The translations under genes were made by a program, and so were the position numbers. Under the pieces are notes generated by a model. That model was not told the DNA's origin, did not search any database, and saw only the letters and a program-made list of their open reading frames with translations. A stretch of 29,956 nucleotides of DNA, from contig CAZEBC010000026.1 in assembly GCA_964510165.1 (NCBI GenBank), forward strand, positions 1 through 29,956, written 5' to 3'. The stretch is from an uncultured bacterium. GTDB taxonomy: Bacteria > Abyssobacteria > SURF-5. Shown in pieces: positions 16,037 through 24,146 of this stretch. Numbering within the stretch: the first letter of the stretch is position 1; each line of letters starts with the position of its first letter.

Positions 16037-18430
16037 ATGTCTTGGTTTAAGGAAAAAGCAACCGTAAAAGTTGACCGGAGGACGTTCGTCAAAGGGATGA
16101 CCTTTGCGGGAGGAGCGGCTCTCGGCCTGATGCTCTCGCCGACGCCCTGGTACCTCATGCGAGACGCCGCGTTCTGGACACAGAACTGGGCGTGGCTGCC
16201 GACGCCTTCTCCGGGCGCGCCCTCGTTCGAGGACGCCGTCTGCGGGCTATGCGAGGCCGGATGCGGCATCCGCGTGAGAAAGGTGGACGATCGCCTCGTC
16301 AGGATCGACGGCAACAAGAACCACCCCGTCAACCGAGGCTCGGTCTGTCCGCTCGGGGTCGCTTCGCTCCAGTTGTTGTACAGTCCGGCTCGCATCAAGA
16401 CTCCGATGAAACGAGTGGACGGTTCCTGGCGGCCCGTCTCGTGGGAAATCGCCATAAGAGAGATCAGCCAGCAAATACAAAGCCTCAGGGCGACCGGGCA
16501 ATCCCATGCGATCGCATGCATCACCAACCATCGTAACAGCGCGATAAACCGGATGCTCGAACGGCTGCTCCGCGCTGTCGGGTCCCCCAATTTCGTGCCC
16601 ATGAACAACGGTGTGGACGCCCAGAATATCGTTCACCAACTCATGACCGGCGGGAGCACTGCCGCATATGATATCGAAAACGCCCGCTGCATCCTGAGTT
16701 TCGGATGCAGCCTCTTTGAGGGATGGGGAGCGCCCGGCCGGATGTATCACGCACAGGCGACGTGGCTCAAGAGGCCGAAAGAGTCGCAGGTTGAGGTGAT
16801 TCAGATCGAGCCTAATCTCTCGACCACCGCGAACAAAGCGTCCCAATGGGCGCCAATCACGCCGGGGACCGAGGCCGCGCTCGCCCTTGCAATCGCTCAC
16901 GTGTTGATCAGAGACGAACTCTACAACAAGGCTTTTGTGAAAAAGCACTGTTTCGGCTTCGAGGATTGGACGGACTCGTCCGGCAAGACACACAAGGGCT
17001 TTGCATCCGAGGTGCTCGCGCGGTATTCGCCGCAATCCGTCGAACTCATCACGAAAGTGCCGGCGAGTGAGACGGAAGATATCGCGCGCAGGTTCGCCTC
17101 GAATGGGCCTTCGCTTGCAATCGGCGGCGCAGGTCGGGGAGAAAGGTTTGCCGACCTGTACGCGCTGATGGCCGTCAACAGCCTGAATGCGCTGGTCGGC
17201 AATATCGGTCAGGTCGGCGGCCTTTTCACTCAGGCGGCGGCGCCAGTCAGTCCGCTTCCGCCCGTCACGATGGACGAAGAATCGGCGCGCGGCAACGCGA
17301 CGGCCCGCTGCGACGGAGCGGGAAGCGGGCGGTATCCATTCAGCCCGTCTCTGCCACACAATCTCGATCCGCAAAAAATCAAAGTCTTGTTCATCCATGA
17401 GGCAAACCCGTACTATGCGCTTCGTGACCGAAAATCGGCGGATGGTATTTTCGAGAAAATCCCCTATGTCGTAAGCCTGGCGTCCCACATGGATGAGAGC
17501 GCACAGCGAGCGAACCTGGTCCTCCCTGTGCCAACCCCATTCGAGAGGTGGGACGACCTTGCCGGTGTCACCGGAGTGCCGTATGCGACGTACGGCGTGA
17601 ACCGTCCTCTGATAACCCCCTTGCACGATGCGAGGAACGCAGGCGACATCGCGATAATGATCGCGCGTTCAATGGGCGGCGCGATCTCGGACTCTTTCCC
17701 GTGGAACAACACCGCTGAGGTCGTGGCGGCGCGGGCCAGAGGACTGTACGAATCCGATCGGGGCATGATAAATGAGCCCGTTGACATCGTCTCCTCCGAA
17801 GGGAAGCCCCCGCGGTCGCTCCAGGAAAAATACCCGACATTTTCGACGTTCTGGAGCAGCCTGCTTGCGAACGGCTGCTGGTTCGACCCGGCATTCGAGC
17901 GTGGCAAGTCATCCTTCAGCACGCCGAGCAAGAAGTTCGAGTTCTTCAGCCAGCGACTTCACAAAGAGTTCGGTTTCAGCGACGACCTGAAATGCATGCC
18001 CCACTACATGAAGCCAGCCGCAAAGCCCATAGGCTTTGACCTGACCATTATGCCGGAGGAACTGGTGGCGATGGCGCACGACGGTCTCGGCACGCCTCCC
18101 TTGCTCATCAAGCAACTCAGCGACACGGTGCTCCGCGAGAGCGAGCTATTCGTTCGGATCAATCCGATAACCGCCATGCATCACGGCGTCAAGGACGGGG
18201 ACAAGGTGATCCTGGAATCATCCCGTGGCAAAGTGAGCGTGCGGGTGCACACCTTTGCGGGAGTGCATGAAGGAATAGTGCTGATTCCCCTGGACTTCGG
18301 GCATACAGGGTACGACCGCTACCTGCAAAACAAGGGCGTGAACGCGCGCCAGTTGCTCGAAGTCGCGTATGACGACATCACGGGGTTGGCCTCTTGTTGC
18401 GGTACTCCGGGAAAGATCAGAAAAGCCTAA
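16037..18430 (+). CDS. qrcB: Menaquinone reductase molybdopterin-oxidoreductase-like subunit QrcB
   Basis: Tat RRTFVK, SPTPWYLMRDAAFWTQNW, CGLCEAGC...CPLG, C-terminal MopB-CT-like RINP...DFGH. Confidence 0.88.
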   Translation: MSWFKEKATVKVDRRTFVKGMTFAGGAALGLMLSPTPWYLMRDAAFWTQNWAWLPTPSPGAPSFEDAVCGLCEAGCGIRVRKVDDRLVRIDGNKNHPVNRGSVCPLGVASLQLLYSPARIKTPMKRVDGSWRPVSWEIAIREISQQIQSLRATGQSHAIACITNHRNSAINRMLERLLRAVGSPNFVPMNNGVDAQNIVHQLMTGGSTAAYDIENARCILSFGCSLFEGWGAPGRMYHAQATWLKRPKESQVEVIQIEPNLSTTANKASQWAPITPGTEAALALAIAHVLIRDELYNKAFVKKHCFGFEDWTDSSGKTHKGFASEVLARYSPQSVELITKVPASETEDIARRFASNGPSLAIGGAGRGERFADLYALMAVNSLNALVGNIGQVGGLFTQAAAPVSPLPPVTMDEESARGNATARCDGAGSGRYPFSPSLPHNLDPQKIKVLFIHEANPYYALRDRKSADGIFEKIPYVVSLASHMDESAQRANLVLPVPTPFERWDDLAGVTGVPYATYGVNRPLITPLHDARNAGDIAIMIARSMGGAISDSFPWNNTAEVVAARARGLYESDRGMINEPVDIVSSEGKPPRSLQEKYPTFSTFWSSLLANGCWFDPAFERGKSSFSTPSKKFEFFSQRLHKEFGFSDDLKCMPHYMKPAAKPIGFDLTIMPEELVAMAHDGLGTPPLLIKQLSDTVLRESELFVRINPITAMHHGVKDGDKVILESSRGKVSVRVHTFAGVHEGIVLIPLDFGHTGYDRYLQNKGVNARQLLEVAYDDITGLASCCGTPGKIRKA

Positions 18431-18435
18431 GCACG

Positions 18436-19185
18436 ATGAACACGAGCGTGGAAAAGCAAACACTTGTCCGGTACGGCATGGTCATAGATTTGGATACATG
18501 CACTGGCTGCGGCAACTGCGCCGTCGCCTGCCACATGGAAAACAATGTCCCATTCCGCGTTGACGAGAGCGACAAGTCGCGCAACATCGAATGGCTACGC
18601 ATTTACAGGGTCGACAACGGCGCCGAGTATCCGCATGCGCGCATGGCGTATTTCCCCAGGCCTTGCATGCAGTGCGACCACCATACCCCCTGCGTTTCCG
18701 TCTGCCCGGCGAGCGCCACGAACTATGACGAGCTTACCGGAGTGGTGGATCAAATAAACACCCGCTGCATAGGATGCCGTTATTGCATGGCGGCGTGTCC
18801 GTATATGGTCCGCTGTTTCAACTGGTGGGACCCCGTTTGGCCGAAGGAAATGGAGAGGCACCTGAACCCTGACGTTGCCGTGCGCATGCGGGGCGTCGTC
18901 GAGAAGTGCACCTTCTGTTCGCATCGCTATCTGAAAGCCAAGAACAAGGCACACAACGAGGGCCGCAACTATCTCAAGGAAGACGAATATGTGCCCGCGT
19001 GCGTCGAGGCCTGCCCCGTTGGGGCAATGCATTTCGGCGATCTCAGCAATCCCGAACATGAGGTCGCACGGTTGATCAAAAGCCCGCGCGCATTCCGGCT
19101 GCTTGAGAAACTGCACACCGAGCCGAAGGTCTATTACATGAGTTCGCAGGAATGGGTCAGGAAACTCGCGGACAATCCTGCATGA
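18436..19185 (+). CDS. qrcC: Menaquinone reductase iron-sulfur subunit QrcC
   Basis: YGMVIDLDTCTGCGNCAVAC, PCMQC...CVSVCP, CIGCRYCMAACP, RMRGVVEKCTFC, PACVEACP. Confidence 0.9.
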   Translation: MNTSVEKQTLVRYGMVIDLDTCTGCGNCAVACHMENNVPFRVDESDKSRNIEWLRIYRVDNGAEYPHARMAYFPRPCMQCDHHTPCVSVCPASATNYDELTGVVDQINTRCIGCRYCMAACPYMVRCFNWWDPVWPKEMERHLNPDVAVRMRGVVEKCTFCSHRYLKAKNKAHNEGRNYLKEDEYVPACVEACPVGAMHFGDLSNPEHEVARLIKSPRAFRLLEKLHTEPKVYYMSSQEWVRKLADNPA

Positions 19186-19203
19186 ACGATGTGCCCGTGC
19201 GGC

Positions 19204-19243
19204 GGGCGGCCACTCGTGGCGAGCCACGCAGGGCCGCCCCTAC
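19204..19243 (-). repeat. GTAG-family REP-like hairpin between qrcC and qrcD
   Basis: Minus strand GTAGGGGCGGCCCTGCGTGGCTCGCCACGAGTGGCCGCCC; outer stem GGGCGGCC/GGCCGCCC, inner CGTGGC/GCCACG. Confidence 0.7.
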
Positions 19244-19272
19244 ACCTAATCTGAAAGGAAGAGGCCGATCGG

Positions 19273-20502
19273 ATGTCTGGCGAACATGAAATACCGAAAT
19301 TAGAGCGGTGTTCCCCGCGAAAGTTTGTGTTGTGGCTGAGCTTCTGGGGCTTGTTGCTTGCATGGGGCCTGTATGCCGCGTTCCTCTGCCTGTTCAAAGG
19401 ATTGAACCAGACCGGCATGAACAACTATTTTGTGTTCGGGCTGTGGATCACGGTGGACCTCGCCATCATCGCCCTCGGAGCCGGAGCGTTCTTCAGCGGA
19501 TTCCTATTCTATATCCTTAAGCTCGATTACCTGAAGGACCTGATAGGCGCCGCCGTGGTCATCGGATTTATCTGTTATAGCGGCGCAATCGGCATGCTGA
19601 CCATTGACATAGGCCAGCCGCTGCGCGGCTACTTCAGCTTCATGCATGCGAACGTGCATTCAATGCTGACCGAGGTCATTTTCTGCATCACGTGCTATCT
19701 GTTCGTGTTGACCATCGAGTTTGTCCCGCTCGTTGCCGAGAACAAGACAATCAGTCAATTCCCCCTGTTCAAATATGTAGGCGAGAATCTGCATGGAATC
19801 ATGGCCGTGTTTGCGCTCGTCGGGACTTTCCTCTCCTTCTTTCATCAAGGGTCGCTCGGAGGAATGTTCGGCGTCCTGTTCGCGCGACCGTTCTCATACC
19901 GGACCGGCGTCGCCATCTGGCCTTGGACATTCTTCCTGTTCATCTTGTCGGCAATCGCATCGGGACCGGCGCTGACCACCCTTGTCGTTTGGACTACCCA
20001 GAAGCTCACGCGGCGACAACTCGTCCGACGGTCCACGCTTTCGAAACTCGCGAAGTTGTCCGCCGTGCTGTTTGCCGTCTATCTGGTGCTCAAGTCGGCC
20101 GATACGGTGTATTGGGCGAACGTGACCGCACCCGCGAAGGGGTTCAATTTCACCGCGTTCTACAAAGGTCCCTACGGGATGGAACTGCTGTTCCTCGAGC
20201 TGTTCGTGTTCGGAATAGTCCCGGCGGTCCTGCTCCTGATTCCGCGGGCGCGCGATTATGACCTGTCACTTGTCACCGGTTGTTTGTTCATATGTCTTGG
20301 TGTCGTCTTGAACCGCTTTGTGATGACGATACAGACGCTTTCGATACCCGTGCTCCCGTTCGAGCGGTTCGTCGCCTACGACCCCACATGGCAGGAATGG
20401 GCTATTGCGGTTGCAGTCATCGGATACGGAGTCATCGTGTATTCACTATCGTATCGTTACTTGCATCTGTTTCCGCGTGAAAAGGAACTCAACGCGACTT
20501 GA
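19273..20502 (+). CDS. qrcD: Menaquinone reductase integral membrane subunit QrcD (NrfD/PsrC family)
   Basis: FGLWITVDLAIIALGAGAF, DIGQPLR, HANVHSMLTEV, SFFHQGSLGG, LNRFV, YDPTWQEW. Confidence 0.92.
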   Translation: MSGEHEIPKLERCSPRKFVLWLSFWGLLLAWGLYAAFLCLFKGLNQTGMNNYFVFGLWITVDLAIIALGAGAFFSGFLFYILKLDYLKDLIGAAVVIGFICYSGAIGMLTIDIGQPLRGYFSFMHANVHSMLTEVIFCITCYLFVLTIEFVPLVAENKTISQFPLFKYVGENLHGIMAVFALVGTFLSFFHQGSLGGMFGVLFARPFSYRTGVAIWPWTFFLFILSAIASGPALTTLVVWTTQKLTRRQLVRRSTLSKLAKLSAVLFAVYLVLKSADTVYWANVTAPAKGFNFTAFYKGPYGMELLFLELFVFGIVPAVLLLIPRARDYDLSLVTGCLFICLGVVLNRFVMTIQTLSIPVLPFERFVAYDPTWQEWAIAVAVIGYGVIVYSLSYRYLHLFPREKELNAT

Positions 20503-20523
20503 AACCGGGGAGGTCGAGGCGCC

Positions 20524-20736
20524 ATGCTTCCGACAACGTTTGAATTCAGATGGGACGCGGGCCACATGATCTTCTTTGGCGTGTTCTACGCCGTTATCGC
20601 GGTCGTGATGACCAGCCTCTTTTTCGTCGTCGCGAAATCCGTGACCGATGTGTATCGGACATTGAGGTCCGAGCCGGAGGCCGGCCCAACCGAGAACAAG
20701 CGGCCTCAGCGAGCCGGGGTCAACCCCGAAACCTAA
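20524..20736 (+). CDS. Small single-TM protein downstream of qrcD
   Basis: 70 aa, FRWDAGHMIFFG then ~22 hydrophobic residues; SD GAGG; tight spacing inside the operon. Confidence 0.75.
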   Translation: MLPTTFEFRWDAGHMIFFGVFYAVIAVVMTSLFFVVAKSVTDVYRTLRSEPEAGPTENKRPQRAGVNPET

Positions 20737-20750
20737 AGGATACCAATAGT

Positions 20751-22061
20751 ATGGATGCTCACGTGCAGAACATGGAGACAACCTTGCAGAAAGTTGCCGC
20801 GTCCGAGCCCGGCTGGGACTGGGAAACAGACGAAAAGCTCGTCGCCGATATTTCTCAAATGAGAGAGCGCTTCCCGGAGGTCCATCAGTTTACGGTCAGC
20901 CCGGACGGCGAGAGGATCGCCGCGCCCGTCAAGACCGAGGACGGCCAATTCACTATATGCGTCAACGGCGAGCCATGGGAGCGGTCGTTCGAGAAGGCGT
21001 GGTATGTGAAGTTTAGCCCTGATGGCAGACTCACCGCCCTCGTTCGGGCGGATGACGCCTGGACCGTCGCCGTCGAGGGCGACCCCTGGGAGCAGACGTT
21101 CGAATACGTGTGGAACACCACCTTCAGCGAGGACGGCAGCACGGTTGCCGCTCAGTGCAAGCGCGAGATGGACTACGGCGTGATTGTCAACGGTCAGGCA
21201 TGGAGCAATACCTTTGTATCCACCAGGGGATTGGCCGTGAGCCCGAACGGCGAGAGAGTCGCCGCCGTCGTTCAGTCAAAGCCGCTCAAAGAGGCCGACA
21301 TCTTCGGATTCCTCGAGGGGACATGGACCGTCGCAGTCAATGACAAGGTCTGGGACCGCAACTTCATCAACGTCTATTCTCCTACTTTCAGCTCCGATGG
21401 ACGACATGTGGCGGCAGAGGTGAGACTCGGCATATGCGAATATACCGTCGCCAGGGACGGACAGCCATGGGAGCAGAGGTTCGGCTGCGTGTGGGAACCC
21501 GGTTTCAGGCCCCAGCGCGGCTCGGTGCTGGCCCCCGTCAGAACCGCAGGGAAATGGATTCTGGTTGAGGACGGGCGTCCGTTGTGGAGCGGCCGCTACG
21601 ACCAGTTGTGGAGACAGAAGGTCAGTCCCGATGGTCGCTCCATCGCAGCGGTGGCGGCGCCAACGTTCGGCAAGTGGACCATCACCGTTGATGACACCCC
21701 GTGGAAGAAGACCTATGACGAATGCGTCCTCGAACCGTTCTTCTCGCCCGACGGCAGGCACGTCGCCGCTATAGTCAAGGAACAGAACCGATGGACCATC
21801 GCAGTTGACGGCGCCCCGTGGAATGAGACGTTCGATATGGTGTGGAATCCCGCGTTCAGTCCCGACGGCCAGACCGTTGTCGCCAAGGTCGAACGCGGCG
21901 GAGCCTTCACTGTCGCGGTGAATGGCAAGCTGTGGAACAGAAAATTCGAGATGCTCTGGGAGCCTGTGTTCAGCCCTGACGGCACAAAGGCGCTGATCAA
22001 GGCGGTCGAGGACGGCGTCTATTACCGCCGAATCGTCAGGATAAATGAACTGCCGGCATAA
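20751..22061 (+). CDS. tmcD: Tmc complex subunit TmcD (Trp-rich beta-propeller)
   Basis: WDWE start, repeated FSPDG...WTVAVDGxPW blades; precedes tmcC-tmcB; SD AAAGGA. Confidence 0.85.
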   Translation: MDAHVQNMETTLQKVAASEPGWDWETDEKLVADISQMRERFPEVHQFTVSPDGERIAAPVKTEDGQFTICVNGEPWERSFEKAWYVKFSPDGRLTALVRADDAWTVAVEGDPWEQTFEYVWNTTFSEDGSTVAAQCKREMDYGVIVNGQAWSNTFVSTRGLAVSPNGERVAAVVQSKPLKEADIFGFLEGTWTVAVNDKVWDRNFINVYSPTFSSDGRHVAAEVRLGICEYTVARDGQPWEQRFGCVWEPGFRPQRGSVLAPVRTAGKWILVEDGRPLWSGRYDQLWRQKVSPDGRSIAAVAAPTFGKWTITVDDTPWKKTYDECVLEPFFSPDGRHVAAIVKEQNRWTIAVDGAPWNETFDMVWNPAFSPDGQTVVAKVERGGAFTVAVNGKLWNRKFEMLWEPVFSPDGTKALIKAVEDGVYYRRIVRINELPA

Positions 22062-22081
22062 GTGAGTGAGGAGAGCCGAAC

Positions 22082-22729
22082 ATGTACGAGTTCGTAAGCG
22101 GACCGCTTGTCTGGGTAGCGTTCCTCGTGTTCTTCGGCGGGTCTCTTTACCGCCTCATCTGGATGGCGTCAACTGCGAGGAAAGACAGGGTCGTCTACCC
22201 CTACATGAGCCTGAAATTCGGACTGAGGTCCATCTTGCACTGGATAATCCCCTTCGCCAACGTGAGCATGCGGAAACAGCCGGTGATGACGGCGGTCGCG
22301 TTCATCTTTCACCTCTGCCTGTTAATCACGCCGATTTTCCTGTTGGCGCACAACGTGATGCTGCGCGAATCATGGGGAATCAAGTGGTGGAGCCTGCCGC
22401 CGATCGCCGCCGATATCATGACGGTGGCCGTTGTCATCGGAGGCCTGTTCTTCATCGGAAGGAGATTGCGCCTGCCTGAAGTGAAGAACGTCACTACCTA
22501 TTCTGATTTCCTGCTGATCGCATTAGTGCTTGCGCCGTTTGTGACGGGCTTCATCGCCTATCATCAGTGGTTCGCTTACAAGACTATGGTGATTCTCCAC
22601 ATCGTGACCGGTGCGCTCATGCTGATGGCTATCCCCTTCACGCGGCTGGCGCATATGCTGTTCTTCCTTTTCACGCGAGCGTACATGGGCTCTGAGTTCG
22701 GTTTCGTCAGACATTCGAGAGACTGGTAG
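22082..22729 (+). CDS. tmcC: Tmc membrane cytochrome b subunit TmcC (NarI-like)
   Basis: MYEFVSGPLVW, His pairs FIFH..LAH and ILH..LAH, PFTRLAHM, GSEFG. Confidence 0.88.
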   Translation: MYEFVSGPLVWVAFLVFFGGSLYRLIWMASTARKDRVVYPYMSLKFGLRSILHWIIPFANVSMRKQPVMTAVAFIFHLCLLITPIFLLAHNVMLRESWGIKWWSLPPIAADIMTVAVVIGGLFFIGRRLRLPEVKNVTTYSDFLLIALVLAPFVTGFIAYHQWFAYKTMVILHIVTGALMLMAIPFTRLAHMLFFLFTRAYMGSEFGFVRHSRDW

Positions 22730-22759
22730 ACCGGAGCCTTGAAATGGAGGTTGTGTCGC

Positions 22760-24142
22760 ATGGCCGAAAATAATAAGAGCCAGGCCGTTATCGAGCCGGT
22801 TGCGGAACACGCGGCCAGGAAACTGACTCCGGAACAAATGGTAAAGGACCCGGGGCTGGACGAAACGATCAAGAAGCTCAGTCTCGAACAGATCGAGCGA
22901 ACCATAAATCAGGTGCTCAAAGGTGAGGGCGCACGCCTCAAGGTATACCTGGACACGTGCGTTCACTGCGGCCTGTGCTCCGAGGCCTGCCACACGTTCC
23001 TCTCACGCGGCAGAGACCCGCACTATTCACCCGTCGGCAAGGTGAAAAATACATTATGGGAGATGGTCAAGCGAAAGGGAAAGGTCGACCACGAATTCAT
23101 CCGGAACGCCTCTCGAATCGCGTTCACCGAATGCGCCGTGTGCCGCCGTTGCAGCATGTATTGCCCGTTCGGGATCGATATCGCGTACCTCCTCATCGTC
23201 GTGCGCCGCATTCTCAACTTCCTTTACGTGGTGCCCGCATACCTTCAGGACACCACGAACAGCCACGCAGTCACCATGAACCAGATGTGGGTGCAGCAGG
23301 ACGAATGGATCGACACCCTCCAGTGGCAGGAGGAAGAGGCGCAGATGGAGATGCCCAAGGCGAAGATTCCCCTCGACAAGGAGGGCGCCGAGGTCATGTA
23401 TTCGGTCATCGCGCCCGAACCCAAAATCCTCGCCCAGCTCCTCGCGTATATGGCGCAGATTATGACCGTCGCCGGCGTCGATTGGACCATGCCGGCCACC
23501 GACGGATGGGACAACAGCAACATGGCCATGTACTCGGGCGATTTCGAGACGATGGCGCGCGTGGAGCGCCTCTTCTATGACACCGCCCTGCGCCTTAAGG
23601 TAAAGAAGATCGTGATGGGCGAGTGCGGACACGCATTCCGGGGCGCCGCTTACGACGGCCCAAAATGGCTGTCGTGGCGGTTCCCGCCCATCCCGCTCAT
23701 TCACGCCATCGAATGGTATTACGAACTGCTCACCAGCGGAAAAATCAAGATCGCCAAAAAATTCACCGAACCCGTGACCGTGCAGGACCCCTGCAATGTG
23801 GTCCGCGGCAGGGGACTCCATCACATGCTGCGTTACATCATGAACGCCTTGTGCGAGGATTTCAGGGACGTGGACCCCAGGTTCGAGCACAACTATTGCT
23901 GCATGGCTGGCGGCGGAACCGTCAACTGCGGACCGCCTTGGACCAAGTCGAGGGTGACGAGTAATCGGGTAAAGGCGGACCAGCTCAAGGCCACCGGCGC
24001 CAAATACGTGGTCACTCCTTGCCACAACTGTCACAGCGGCATCGAGCAGATCATCAATTTCTACAAGCTCGGCATCCACGTGAAGTTCATAGCCGAAATC
24101 TTGATCGAATGCATGGAAATTCCTCAGCACCTGAAAGCGTAA
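22760..24142 (+). CDS. tmcB: Tmc cytoplasmic Fe-S subunit TmcB (HdrD/DsrK-like, CCG domain)
   Basis: CVHCGLCSEAC, CAVCRRCSMYCPFGID, GECGH, DPCN...CCMAGGG...PCHNC; SD GGAGG before ATG 22760. Confidence 0.88.
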   Translation: MAENNKSQAVIEPVAEHAARKLTPEQMVKDPGLDETIKKLSLEQIERTINQVLKGEGARLKVYLDTCVHCGLCSEACHTFLSRGRDPHYSPVGKVKNTLWEMVKRKGKVDHEFIRNASRIAFTECAVCRRCSMYCPFGIDIAYLLIVVRRILNFLYVVPAYLQDTTNSHAVTMNQMWVQQDEWIDTLQWQEEEAQMEMPKAKIPLDKEGAEVMYSVIAPEPKILAQLLAYMAQIMTVAGVDWTMPATDGWDNSNMAMYSGDFETMARVERLFYDTALRLKVKKIVMGECGHAFRGAAYDGPKWLSWRFPPIPLIHAIEWYYELLTSGKIKIAKKFTEPVTVQDPCNVVRGRGLHHMLRYIMNALCEDFRDVDPRFEHNYCCMAGGGTVNCGPPWTKSRVTSNRVKADQLKATGAKYVVTPCHNCHSGIEQIINFYKLGIHVKFIAEILIECMEIPQHLKA

Positions 24143-24146
24143 AGGG

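Noticed and set aside
16247-17626. Long antisense ORFs (also 3116-4168, 4740-5885, 8055-9092, 13625-14668, 23054-24130)
   Set aside because: Shadow frames of GC-rich genes with no recognisable motifs.
2288-20750. Over-extended ORF-track starts (ruvA 2288, queA 4728, crotonase 6982, qrcC 18394, tmcD 20550)
   Set aside because: They overlap upstream genes; downstream ATGs match family N-termini, an SD or stop-start coupling.
20895-21990. Nucleotide-level repeats in tmcD
   Set aside because: Explained by the beta-propeller blade repeats of the protein.
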